From Octopus bimaculoides (lineage: Eukaryota): a stretch of DNA of 37,472 nucleotides. The stretch covers positions 114,271,241 through 114,308,712 of the forward strand of contig NC_068981.1 in NCBI RefSeq assembly GCF_001194135.2, given 5' to 3'. This document shows, in pieces, positions 9,764-21,665 of this stretch (positions are counted from its first letter, which is position 1; every line of letters starts with the position of its first letter). The notes under the pieces are model-generated. The model did not search any database and was not told where the DNA came from. It was given only the letters and a program-made list of their open reading frames with translations. Made by a program: the position numbers and the translations under genes.

Positions 9764-9788
9764 GTAGTAGTAGTAGTAGTAGTAGTAG
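9548..9788. repeat. Compound microsatellite (AAC)n(TAA)n(TTA)n with three ~30-bp TCTTCCTATCATTATT units and (TAG)n
   Basis: Seen directly. Confidence 0.95.
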
Positions 9789-10946
9789 AGATCGTAATTT
9801 TCTCTAAATTAGGTGTAATTTCTAAATTTTATGGGGTACGGGGTTAATAAGAGCACTCTACATTCTTGATTAAGCAACCTCTCCATGTTTTATTCATAAC
9901 TGGAGACAGCAAATTCCGTGCGAAGAGCATTTGGAATATACTGGGTAAATGAAATACAACATCCTATGGATCATTGACACATAGCAACGCCTGTCTGAAA
10001 ATTTGTATTAATATTCTGTCCTTCTTATATTGCTTGAATACGATCCCATCTTTTTGGGCTGAGAAAGTAGTAACGTATTTCATATGGGTGACCATTAAGT
10101 TCCCGTTAGCTTTGTGAACAGTTCTCAATTTTCGGGGTTTTCCTGGTATTGTAGTTTCTGATGCCTTAGTTCCTGTTGCTACTCTTTTGGATTACTCTCT
10201 TTGCCTCCACTTGTTGAAACTGAAATACGGAGTTTTTGAGACATTCAGTTACTTCCTGGAAATGAGTGCTGTGTGCAGTGCACTCTTAAAACCAGCAGCC
10301 TCCATGAGATGTTGATCTTGTTCTTTTCCATAAAACTTTCTGCGCAGAGACCTCTGTAATAACTCTTGTAAGAGGATTTCTTTCTTGGATACTGAATTTT
10401 AAGGTCTTCGTCTCTGCACCCTCTACGCACAGTTCGAACGATCATTTGTGATCTTGTAACGTCACAGCAACTTGTTTTTAATCCACAGATACCCCAGCTC
10501 GATCACATATCGCCGAAAGTTTCCCTGGCTTTAACCACTTGCTCAAACTGTGCCACAAAGTTAACAATAAGTCAAGATTCAATGTCGTTACTGATATCCC
10601 TTTTTATTTTTACTTCCCGAATTGTGTGGGACTAGTTTATTTGCATGTGTGTATGGTATAATTTGGATTTGCACTTTTGCTCCGTCTTCTGTTTTACAAA
10701 TGAAGCTTATAATATCAAAAGCATTCCTTTCCTTGTAGATTTAACTTAACGTGCATACCAGGGATGCCAATAAATCTTCCTTGACTGAGAATGGAAGTGC
10801 TCCCGTGACTTTAGATAACGCACAAATATCTTACATTCTTCCTCTCATACAATGCTATGCTAGATTATTGGAAGTTGGCACCTGTCTGATGGGAAAATAC
10901 TGTCAGGCTTTAGTCGTTCAGCAAACGTTTTATGTCTTCATAGACA

Positions 10947-10993
10947 GCAGCATCACCACCACCACCACCACCACTACCACTACCACCACCACC

Positions 10994-11039
<46 letters not shown>

Positions 11040-11082
11040 GCAGCAGCAGCAGCAACAGCAACAAAAGCAGCCGCAGCAACTA
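10947..11082. repeat. Compound trinucleotide microsatellite (CAC)n(AAC)n(CAG)n
   Basis: Seen directly; source of the poly-T/N/S stretch in ORF 10751-11125. Confidence 0.95.
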
Positions 11083-11099
11083 CAATAATGATTTCCAAT

Positions 11100-11305
11100 T
11101 TAGACACAAAGAGACCAGTTATTGAGGAGATGAAATTAATCAATATCATCTAACCCCGTACTAGACAGGTACTTTATTTTATCAATTCTAGCGGGATGAA
11201 AGACAAATATGAACACGGCAGAATTTGAACTCAGAAGGAAAAAGAGGCGGAAGAAATACCACAAGATATTGTTCACGGCGGTCTAGTATTTCTTCCAGTT
11301 CACCG
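11100..11305 (-). mobile_element. SINE family A, degenerate
   Basis: GGGATGAAAGACAAA...GGCAGAATTTGAACTCAGAA matches the reverse complement of the family A core. Confidence 0.6.
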
Positions 11306-11317
11306 TTTTAAAAACAA

Positions 11318-11509
11318 TGGTTTCGATTTAAGTACGAGACCAGCAATTTTGTAGGGTGGTTTTTAGTCGATACTATCGATCCTTGTACTTGAGAGTGCTT
11401 TATTTACCAAACTTGATCGGATGAAAGGTAAATTAAAGAAAGGAACCGGATCAAATATTGCAGAGTATTCTTCCCGAAACTTCAATGATTCTGCCAGTTC
11501 GAAGCCTTA
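11318..11509 (-). mobile_element. SINE family A, degenerate and internally deleted
   Basis: ATGGTTTCGATTT tail, AGTCGATACTATCGATCC, CGGATGAAAGGTAAA, and head GATTCTGCCAGTTCGAAGCCTTA. Confidence 0.6.
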
Positions 11510-11574
11510 GTAATTATATGATAGTTTCAAATTTTGGCACAAGGTCAGAGCCTTAATAACAGTATCAGCAACAA

Positions 11575-11641
11575 AAACAACAGCAGCTGTAATAGTAGTA
11601 GTTGCTGCAGCAGCAGCAGTAGCGGCAGCAGTAGCGGCAGC

Positions 11642-11722
<81 letters not shown>
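11575..11722. repeat. Compound (CAG)n/(TAG)n microsatellite
   Basis: Seen directly. Confidence 0.95.
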
Positions 11723-11723
<1 letters not shown>

Positions 11724-11817
11724 CTTCACAAAAATAGTTGCTTCATAATAAATTGGTAGGAATATAATTATATTTTCACCTTTTCAATATAATTATAAAT
11801 TAACAGTAATTACTGGA

Positions 11818-11818
<1 letters not shown>

Positions 11819-11887
<69 letters not shown>
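11819..11887. repeat. (TA)n microsatellite
   Basis: Seen directly. Confidence 0.95.
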
Positions 11888-11889
<2 letters not shown>

Positions 11890-12099
11890 TCGCTTGCAGT
11901 GGGGAGGTTGTCTCCCTGTCAGTAAATAGAACATGTGCTTCTGTGGCTAAAGAGTTCTTTGATTCTTACTTTGATGAAGTGACAAAGGCTGCTCCCTGCA
12001 CTCTCATCACTATTTAATGATGGTGAATTATTTCTTTATCGGTTTTGAATTGTGTCTGGTCGCCTTATATATAGAACTAAAGATGAACTACGGTAAGAA

Positions 12100-12960
12100 C
12101 TCTTCCTTTTTTATATGCAAAAAACCCTAATGCTCACAAGAGATCATTTTCAAGACCTCAACAGAGATTACCTACAAGAAACTGGGTAAAAAGCCGTTCT
12201 AGATCTCGAAGTAAGACTAGATCATTCCCCCAAGTTGTTAAAAAGAATATTAACAAGAAATTGAAAAATAATATACATAATACCAAAAACAGGACAGAAA
12301 ACATAACGAAACCAAGTAAAATATCACAACCAAAACGCAAAGTCCATCAAGTAAACATCAACAAGAACATAATTCTTAAACAGAAAATTTATTTTTTAAT
12401 GTCATGACAGCAAACACCGGAGAAAGGAAAAACCCAGCAGGAAATATATCCAAAACAACTGAACATATAGAGCCTAAAATAATTAATTTATCCAAAAGAG
12501 ATCTTGACAATGATAAAATCCAACTTCTGTCAAAAGGACTGAAATTTACACCTACACCAACAGTCAACCACCAACAAGTAAATAAGGATATCCAAAAATT
12601 CTGTCGTAAGTTACGACTTGTAGAATTATTCACTAATAAAAGTAATGTGATTGATGAATCCCTAGTAAAGAATAAATCAAATTTCACCCTACTAAACGGA
12701 ATAACTATCTTGACCAATACATTGATATCCTGTCATAATTTCCCCTTAGACGCAATACTAATGTTAAGCCAAACATGAGAAAATCCGAAATGTTTGTACT
12801 GAAACGTACACAAAACGATCAAACAGTAATTAAACAAGTAAATAAAGGGGGTACAATTGTTATTATGGATGCAGAATACTATAAGGATTTGGTTGAGGAC
12901 CAACTGAAGGACACAACCTTCTATTGTGGAATACCTTCTAATATAGACCACCACATCATT
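12100..12960 (+). mobile_element. Penelope-like element N-terminal ORF remnant, 3'-truncated at a SINE
   Basis: IINLSKRDLDNDKIQLLSKGLKFTPTP...FCRKLRL (ORF 12404-12778) and VIKQVNKGGTIVIMD..Y...LKDTTFY (ORF 12775-12975) match the PLE GLKF.P and ADKG..VV motifs. The 5' boundary is uncertain. Confidence 0.85.
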
Positions 12961-13272
12961 GTGAGTGTTTATTGAGCGAAAACACCTAAAGCTCCACGAG
13001 GCTCCGACAGAGGATGGTGGCGAACCCTGCTGTACTCTTCCACCACAACTTTCTCTCACTCTATCTTCCTGTTTCTGTTGTGCCTGTAATTCAAAGGGTC
13101 AACCTTGTCACACTGTGTCACGCTGAATATCCCCTAGAACTATGTTAAGGGTACACGTGGCTGTGGAGTGTTCAACCACTTGCACGTTAATTTCACGAGC
13201 AGACTGTTCCGTTGATCGGATCAACTGGAACCCTCGATATCGTAAGGGACGGAGTGCCAACAACAACAACAA
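12961..13272 (+). mobile_element. 5'-truncated SINE-like repeat, family C, with (CAA)n tail
   Basis: Non-coding, higher-GC block ending ...TTGATCGGATCAACTGGAACCCTCG...GGAGTGCC(AAC)n. I recognise it as a common octopus interspersed repeat from memory, not from a search. Confidence 0.55.
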
Positions 13273-13286
13273 TATATACATATATA

Positions 13287-13440
13287 TACGACGGGCTTCT
13301 TTTAGTTTCCGTCTACGAAATCAACTCACAAGGCTTTGGTTGGCCCGAGGCTATACTAGAAGACGTTTGTCCAAGGTGGCACTGAACCCGGAACCATGTG
13401 GTTGGGAAGCAAGCTTCTTACCACACAGCGACTCCTGCGC
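13287..13440 (-). mobile_element. SINE family B (short form)
   Basis: ACGACGGGCTTCTTT...CACAAGGCTTTGGTTGGCCCGAGGCTATA...GAACCCGGAACCATGTGGTTGGGAAGCAAGCTTCTTACCACACAG. Confidence 0.8.
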
Positions 13441-13464
13441 TTGTATATTTCAAGGCTAGATAAG

Positions 13465-14190
13465 CTGATAAAGTGATCTAGAATGTGATTCAGAGCATAG
13501 TCTGACATTTATTAGGGGAGTGCAGAAAAAAGTAAAATTTAAAATAGCAGGACAAAACATTCCAACAGTCAAGGAAGAAGCTGTTAAGAGCCTGGGATGT
13601 GTATACGCTGGAACATTGTTAGATAGGAGTTGCGAGATGCAGATTATCAAGCAAGCCGAAGACGGTCTAACAACAATTGATGATTCAAAGTTAACAGGGA
13701 AGTATAAAATACGGTGTCTACATTTCGACTTATATCCACGCCTTTCGCAGTCACTTTAACATACGTGATGGCGCTTTCACGGCTTCAGATCATTGAGCAA
13801 AAATGAAATTTGTTCAAAAGAAAGTGGCTAGTTCTACCTCGGATACTTTATCGTAAAAGAGGTTCATTACAATTACCACTGGCGTCAATCATCGGACTTT
13901 ATAAAACAGGAAAGGTACGAACGGTGATGATGCTAAAAGAATCGAAAAAAATAGGAATCAGGCGCAATCCACAAGATGTAAAAAATAAAAAAACAGCCCG
14001 GAAGCGGAAAGGAGAAGTAGAACCTGGTGACGTTGTGTCTTCACTTACAAATCGAGATATGAAGAGTGTCACACAAATTGATCGGCTCAGGTCGGTTCAG
14101 ACTGTTTTCAAGTAAGATACTGAACGAACGCAGATTTGTTGTAAGCAACAGCATCAAAGCAAGAGAGAAGAGAGCTTCTTTTGAACCAAT
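13465..14190 (+). mobile_element. HERO-like (R2-group, RLE-type) non-LTR retrotransposon fragment, RT C-terminal region
   Basis: FKIAGQNIPTVKEEAVKSLGCVY...AEDGLTTIDDSKLTGKYKIRCLHFDLYPRL, then FKRKWLVLP...LQLPLASIIGLYKTGKVRTVMML. This matches the HERO pattern IPTV.EKPVKSLG / LPGKYK.W / LQLP..S..E.K.GK.R..MML. Confidence 0.8.
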
Positions 14191-15103
14191 GCTCTCAACA
14201 AGGTCTGTAAATCTGGAAGTAATCTTTATCAAGTTAGACAATACAATTTATATTCTTCTTCAGGTAATAGATATCGGAAGTAAATATATTTCTTGGGTTC
14301 AGTTTTCTTCCATATACGACATTGACGATGCATGTATTTCATGATCTGAAATGTTTTATGCTAATCATGTAATTTGTTTTAAAACACTTTTCTATTCGAA
14401 TAAAGTATGATGAGATGCCATGCTTATTTTGAAACTTATTGAACTTAACTTTATCGCATGCTCATTTCTTCGGAGGAGAATGTATGGTATGGTTCCTGTA
14501 AAACATTTAGAAGCCTGTCACGGGTATAGACATCTTAAAGTTTACTGACTGAAATATATATGCAACTGCTGGGCTTTCTTTATAGCTGTTTCTAACTACA
14601 CCCAAAACATCTTTTTCTATAGATTATGTGAAAAACAATTCTATGCATGTAGTCACCCAAATGTTGAAGATAGTTTCAAAAATTACTATAAATCTTCAAC
14701 CAGATGTATTATAAGTATATCATTTTGTAAACCAAGTTACGAACACCATACTGAAAAATCTAATATTCGAAACAACTAAGTTCAGGACTTCCATTCAGCT
14801 CCGAGGTCAAAACTAATTGATAGGTAGGAATGTAAAATAAGTTGATTTACATCCTTTACAAACTTCTAATTGAGGGTCTACTCTAATAATCGATATTTTA
14901 TCATACAAGTAGCAAACAAAAGTGACTAAGAAGTAACTGAATCTAATAGAATTTACCTTCGTCGTTTGAAACGTATATTTATATCATTCATGCTTGGAAT
15001 GAAAGTGTTAGAAAATTATACTTTCGAATACTCGCAAAAAGCTAAATAGAGAAAAAATTGCTATGGGTTTTTAAAAAATTTTTTGATACACACAGAACTG
15101 GAG

Positions 15104-15985
15104 TACAAGAATTCTTCGCTTTACGGAAGTAATGCGTTCCTGAAAATTTGTCCGTAACGCGAAATTCCAGGATGCAAAATTAATTTTTCCGTTGATTTTT
15201 GTATTATCAAGTGAGACTGCGTTCCTACGGACATTAAAAATAAATACAAAGCAAAAAAAAAAAAAGACAGAGCAAGAATCACAGGAAAACAACTGAAAAC
15301 AAGCAGTGCGATCAATTTATACATAAAAGTATTTCTAAACACTCGGTACAATATAGCTCGATACAATATACAAGAGGAATCGTAATATCGTAAGAGGACG
15401 TTTTCACCATAACAGACGTTGACTAGTGTGCGAGGAGTGGTGGGAGAATGAGCATTACTAGGAGAGCGAGGGACAATATTTACTACTAACTGGTGTCATC
15501 AAAAACGACGGTTAATTGTAGTATTTTATATACAAATATAAGGTACATAATAATCACACATTCACATACTTCCTTTCTACACGCTGACACATACACACAT
15601 ATACTCACGCAGAGTTGAAACATTGTTTGATTTTTCTTTATAGATACGTGTGTTTTTGTGTGTGCTTGTATATGTGTAACATGATAGCTTTTCAAATCGT
15701 TAACTATATATTTTCATCTTAACTAAATGCAAGTAGCTATTCAGCTAAGAAATTTAGTTTAAAATTTTATCTTTTCTGTTTTTTCTTTTACTTCTTTCCG
15801 TCATTAGACTGCGACCATGCTGGAGGCACGGCTTCAAAGAATATTTTAGTCGAATGAATCGACTCCAGTACTGATTTTCTTTAAGCCGGGTACTTATTCT
15901 ATTGGGTGCTTTTGCCGAACGCCAAGTTACGGAGATGTAAATACAACAGTACTGGTTGTCAAGCGGTGGTGGGGTAACAAACTCA

Positions 15986-16026
<41 letters not shown>

Positions 16027-16226
16027 ACACACACACACACAAACACACACATATATGTGAACTCGGAACCATGTGGTTGGGAGGCAAACCTCTTACCACG
16101 CAGCCACGACAAGTTAAAAACTATGCAATACGAGTTCCCGTACGAATAAAATTACAGACTGTATCCCGAAATTAATGCTAATATTTTACAGTTTCCGTAG
16201 CTGTAACGCGGGAGAATGCCTGTGTA
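15104..16226. mobile_element. Possible Tc1/mariner-Tigger-type non-autonomous DNA transposon remnant with nested SINE
   Basis: Left end TA-CAAGAATTCTTCGCTTTACGG...GCGTTCCTGAAAAT. The right end reverse-complemented is CAGGCATTCTCCCGCGTTAC, about 15 of 20 matching by eye. The right TA target duplication is not intact. Confidence 0.4.
15770..16107 (-). mobile_element. SINE family B long form with the CORE-like segment deleted and an internal (TG)n
   Basis: The tRNA head (16057-16107) is joined directly to (TG)n, then the second module homologous to 5845-5996 and the tail ...CCAGCATGGTCGCAGTCTAATGACGGAAAGAAGTAAAAG. Confidence 0.75.
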
Positions 16227-16354
16227 TATTTCTGCTTATCACATGCAACCATTCGCAAGTGCAAGCGTCAAAATAGAATTTCCCCTCCGGCATCAAGAAA
16301 TTTTATCTCAGATTCTGAAACATATGAACACAATATTCTACATGCTGGAGAATA

Positions 16355-16440
16355 TACATACATACATATATATGCATACATGCTTGCATGCATGCATGCA
16401 TCCATGCATGCATGCATCCATGCATACATACATACATACA

Positions 16441-16471
<31 letters not shown>
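16355..16471. repeat. (CATA)n/(CATG)n microsatellite
   Basis: Seen directly. Confidence 0.9.
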
Positions 16472-16472
<1 letters not shown>

Positions 16473-16739
16473 GAGCGTTCGGACTCAATTTCACAGTTTG
16501 CATAAAAAGAAGAGAAAATACAATATGCCATACAAAAATAAATGTATTTTAAAAAATTAAAAAATATCAACTAGGTTATAGTTTGGAGATAACAGTTTAC
16601 TCAGCTTCCTCCAGAGCATTAGGAGTATTAGCACCAAATAGTGTTTAAGCAATGAGCATTAGGTTAGTTAAAATATGCTTGTAACATATTTCAACTTCTA
16701 ACGGAAAATTCACTGCAGTTAGCGTGGAGAAAATTCTCT

Positions 16740-18310
16740 CTTACAGAGAATAGTAACACATACTAACAATTGCAATAGTAGAACAGCTTCATCCTGTCTG
16801 TAACGAAATTGTCCCTCCAGAAATATCGTATATAACGTAACGGTAAACACAAACCCAACACAACTCACGATACAGTTAATACACACACACACTTTTCGCA
16901 AACCAAACGGGAAAAAAGATACATCACTATCCAAACATGCATGGTAATTAAAATAAAAATTCACCGCTTAGCATCAATTAGAAAATACTCATATATGCAG
17001 AACCATGACAAGATAACAACCAGCCACGAATTTCTGAACCGAAACTGAACTAGTCTCTTCATGCAGGCTCAAAATCTTAAAATCATTAAAACATTTCAAA
17101 CCAATAATTTTAACTGCTAACATATTAACATCTCATCAACACCCTTCCCTCCACCTACACTATCAATTATCTCTAATATATACGTATAAAACACTTTTAC
17201 AGCTTCATATTAAACAAGTACTATAGAAATTATTTAAAAATTTCCCTATCTCCAACCAAAATCCCAACGAAAGATATTTTTAATATAAGCACACAAATCT
17301 ACATACACACATAACAAAATGTATTTGTTTGCAAGCAAAATGGAAGACCTTTTTCTTTCATTGATCCTTTAAAATTTTTTTCGTTTCTTTTTCTAAATTA
17401 TAAATTCTAAAGTTTTTAATTTTCAAATCGGATTTTTAAATTTTATTTTTATTTTCATCCTTATGCATGTATATATCCATACCTTTTATAATGCCCCACC
17501 TTCACATATATCCAGAGGCCTAAAATAATATATTATAAGATACCCACGTTTGAAACAATTGAAAAGATATTTATAAACACATAGCACACAAACTCTGCCT
17601 CCATAAAACACGAGGGTTAAAACCCATATATATTAATCAAATGGCTTGTGGAACAATCAACACCTAGAGAGAAACATACAGAGGAGCAAATCTTTTTGTG
17701 AAGACCAAAGAACCAGAGAAGCAGTTTTCAAAAATAACACCATTACATGTCTCAATAATAACCCCAAACGTCCAAAGAAAAAGAGGAAATACACTAAATA
17801 ACAACACCAACAACTAAAGAGACTGATCAACTAAAACATACCACCTACTTACATTATTTTGTGAATCTCAAAAAAATCTATTACAAAAATCTTGACACAC
17901 CAAATTATTAAGGATTCAATACTAGTCTTTGTACCATTGACCTTAAAGTCAAAGCAAAGGATTAAATCACAAGAAAGAAAAAAAACCCAGAATAACTAAA
18001 ACTACTGACCTTCTCTCGTGTCTACCTAACAACAGGGACACCTAGATATACACATGTGCACACAAAGTTCTATTTGCAATAATAAATTCAAAGCAACAAC
18101 ATAGACCCAAATTTAATCAATAAAAATTTCTCCAAAATATCTCTCCATAAAAACAGACTCTAAAACCTAAGTATCACTCTGCTAAAACCCATACACCCAA
18201 GGAAGATTTTAGCTGAACAGAGACTACAGAGAGCCAAGATTAACTTCAATGCACTACAGTTCGAAGATGGCTTAACTGGTCGAAACTTCGAAGTCACTGA
18301 GAATAATATT
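16740..18310 (+). mobile_element. Very old, degenerate Penelope-like element remnant(s)
   Basis: Strong A/C strand skew. Relics: NCNSRTASSCL..NCPSRNIVYNVTV (16765-16850, like PLE CNC...CPL.G.C...IVY) and a LHKNRL-like end near 18140-18160. A hammerhead motif follows at 18257. Confidence 0.45.
18257..18299 (+). ncRNA. Minimal type I hammerhead ribozyme motif with a mutated core
   Basis: CAGT-TCGAAGA-T-GGC(TTAACTG)GTC-GAAA-CTTCGAAGT-C-ACTG. Stem I is CAGT/ACTG, GAAA is intact, stem III is the perfect palindrome ACTTCGAAGT and the triplet is GUC. CUGAAGA reads UCGAAGA. Confidence 0.7.
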
Positions 18311-18450
18311 CTTGTTTAAGAATAATAAATTTTTTCTCTACAAAAGTATAGAGTATCCTATCAGATTAATGTAAAATTGCTTTTATTATAACTGAACAAA
18401 GCGCAAACATTAACATATGCATGTATATATTTATAGTTCGGAGTTTGCAA

Positions 18451-18452
<2 letters not shown>

Positions 18453-18537
<85 letters not shown>
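18453..18537. repeat. (TG)n microsatellite
   Basis: Seen directly. Confidence 0.95.
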
Positions 18538-18538
<1 letters not shown>

Positions 18539-19604
18539 TGTAAGTATGTATGTATGTAAAGCAGATATGCTCAGATAGTCATAATTATTTACACAGTTTG
18601 ATTCATAAACGCTTGCAAGTGAAAAAGATGTTTTAATCTTTAAACTTGGTTAGTTTCTTTCTTATGAATCTTAGGATATACATGTGTGTATGTGTCTCTT
18701 TCCCTATATATATATATGTGTGTATGTATACTTCAAATGCCCTTTTCATTCATTTTGAAATTCGTGATAATAATTACAATGCAGATTTATAACAAAGAGC
18801 CACAAATCCTAAAGAAACTTCTTTATTCATGCCATGACATATAAATGTAATTGGTTAATGGAATATATCTCTACTATGATTTCGGATAGAACAGATTTTG
18901 ACTTAACAGAGACCCTTCAATTCCATTCATTCAACATGGATGTGATATTTCAGAGGGAGAAATAAGGAATTGACGAACTCAGTATGAGAATATATTTGAT
19001 GATGAGCCGAAGTGCCTGTTACGGATTTTTTTTCTTTCCTCCAGACTTCTAAAGACTTACAGTTATTTCTTAGTTATTTGCATTCATATGATGCACAAGT
19101 AACTATTCACACTCATAAATGTCTCAAAGCTTAAGTACTGGGCAAAATCTTTAATACCTGAAGTGAAGTTCTGCCGCCGTAAAATTTACTTATAGCTTAT
19201 CATTAAGGCAAAATCAAATTCGTTGAGATCCATAATTCTCCTCTTTTCGGTTTGATTTAAAAAAAATTTAGATCGCTCTTTTGGACAATACCGACTGAGT
19301 CATTTTACACAGTAATGCAGTGTCTTTCCCCTCTCCAGAAACAACAGCCTTCAGTATTTCTTTCCTTTTTTTTCCATACCGAAGCTGCAAGCCATTTTTT
19401 TCCTTTTCCCTTTGTTTGCATTATTTACATAGAACCACAGAAACATATAGCATGGGTAAGTTTTACTTTACGGTCCGAGGCAGAAATTTTGCAAAACCCA
19501 AACAAAATAGTTCAATTACTTCGTTCTTTGTGTATGCAAAATTATGAAAATGCCGGTCAAGTCAATAGAGAATCGTGTGAGGAACAAATTAAATATAAAT
19601 TAGC

Positions 19605-20046
<442 letters not shown>

Positions 20047-20047
20047 A

Positions 20048-20266
20048 GGCGGTGAGCTGGCAGAATCGTTTGCGCGCTGGATTAAATGCTTAGCGGTATT
20101 TCGCCCGTCGCTACGTTCTGAGTACAAATTCCGCTGAGGCCGACTTTACCTTTCATCCTTTTGAGGTCGATAAATTAAGTACTAGTGAAACACTGAGGTC
20201 GATGTAATCGACTAGTCCCCTCCCCCAAATTTCAGGCCTTGTGCCTTTAGTAAAAATGATTATTAT
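20048..20266 (+). mobile_element. SINE family A, near full length
   Basis: GGCGGTGAGCTGGCAGAATCG head, core and CCTTGTGCCTTTAGTAAAAATG tail. Confidence 0.9.
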
Positions 20267-21079
20267 TTTCTTTTAAATAGACCTTCTAATTTGTGGGTAT
20301 GTCTGACTTTACTGATATTTTTCATAGCAAAAATATATTTTCTATATTGAGAAAATTCATGTGTAATAATATGCAATGCAAACAGAATACTAAAATTAAA
20401 ATATCAACATTAATGAAGATCTGGAAATGTCACTTTAGAAATGTTGTACTTAATTAATCCTGATATTATGAGTTAAGTACTTTTTCATTAAAGCTTGTAT
20501 GAACATGAGTGGGAAAGAAGTTTGAAAATTACGCGTTTATTTTATTTCTCTATCGATACTAAAATAACAGCATGCATATACTGTTCAAAATGCTAAGTGT
20601 GAAGTCCGAAGTCTCACTCTCGTGTTCAACGGGCTATCGGTATCTTGGTGGGTTGATATTAGTCAGAGGAAGAAGAGAATCTAATGGAATTTTTGCACTA
20701 TGATGATGAGAATATTTCTCTTCGTTACAGATGACATTTGCTCATCTGAAGTCTCTAGCTCTTTTACTTTGTAGCAACATGAAAATATGCCCACCCTATT
20801 CTGTTGCTATATATGTAGATAATGTGTAAATGATAGCCAGTATGTCGAGTGGCATTGTATGTAAAATGCTTCTGGTTTAACGGAAGATTGCATAAAATTT
20901 TATGTTGGGTAGCAAAATGCAAGGGCTAAGTGACGTCTGAGTTATGCTACTGTGAAGCTGTAAGACAGTCAGTTGCAAAGACGGACTGACTTTGTCTCAT
21001 CTCTCAGTGGTTAGAAATCTGATATGTTATAGAAGAAAATCATAGAGAAATGATTTGTTTATATATTTGCAATGGTTTT

Positions 21080-21250
21080 ACGGCGCCGGAAAGAATACTC
21101 AGCGGCATTTCATCCGACTTTACTTTACGTGTTCGAATTCCACCGAGATCGACCTTGCGTTTCATTCTTTCGTGGTCGATAAAATAAATGCCATTTGAGC
21201 ACAGGGGTCGATCTAATCAACTTACCCACTTCCCCCGAAATTGCTGTTAG
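21080..21250 (+). mobile_element. SINE family A, degenerate
   Basis: CAGCGGCATTTC...GTTCGAATTCCACCGAGATCGACCTTGCGTTTCATTCTTTCGTGGTCGATAAAATAA. Confidence 0.75.
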
Positions 21251-21633
21251 GAAAAGATAGTTTCAATAATAAAGACAAGTTTACTTTTAGAAGTGGAATT
21301 AGGTGTTTTGTTCAGCTCGGAGTAGAATAATTGATATTCAGATATACTTTGTTGCAAGCAGTGCAAGATATTCGTAGATTTTATTGATATTACAGTGAAT
21401 GAGAGAATTCAATAAATTTGTCAGGGATATGGAAGTTAAAATTTTACTAAAAGCACAGGGAATGCACAATTTCAAATTTCTACCTACCTATGTATGTATG
21501 TATGTATGTATGTATGTATGTACATCACTATTCAGCTTATTTCAAGATTTCTTGCCAATAGAGAAAGAACTGGTTTCTAACCTAGATCTAAAGCTCCTTC
21601 ATTGGAATCTTAACATCAACAACACGGTATTTT

Positions 21634-21636
<3 letters not shown>

Positions 21637-21665
<29 letters not shown>

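Noticed and set aside
9453-9847. Poly-Ile/Leu/Tyr ORFs (also 19315-19788 and 19739-20047)
   Set aside because: They are translations of (TAT)n and (TAC)n arrays.
10751-11737. Poly-Thr/Asn/Ser/Gly ORFs (10751-11125, 10910-11149, 11534-11737)
   Set aside because: They are read-through of trinucleotide microsatellites, with no splice or domain support.
19061-19157. Minus-strand segment between CTTCAG and GTAAGT
   Set aside because: All three frames contain stops. It could only be a non-coding exon, which cannot be shown from sequence.
20048-20130. tRNA-like A/B boxes at SINE heads
   Set aside because: No complete cloverleaf, and each continues into a SINE body, so these are not tRNA genes.
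20585-20750. Minus-strand exon-like frame (...NINPPRYR*PVEHESETSDF...) ending at a GTATGC donor
   Set aside because: There are in-frame stops after the only good acceptor. Rescue by stop-codon editing would be unsupported speculation.
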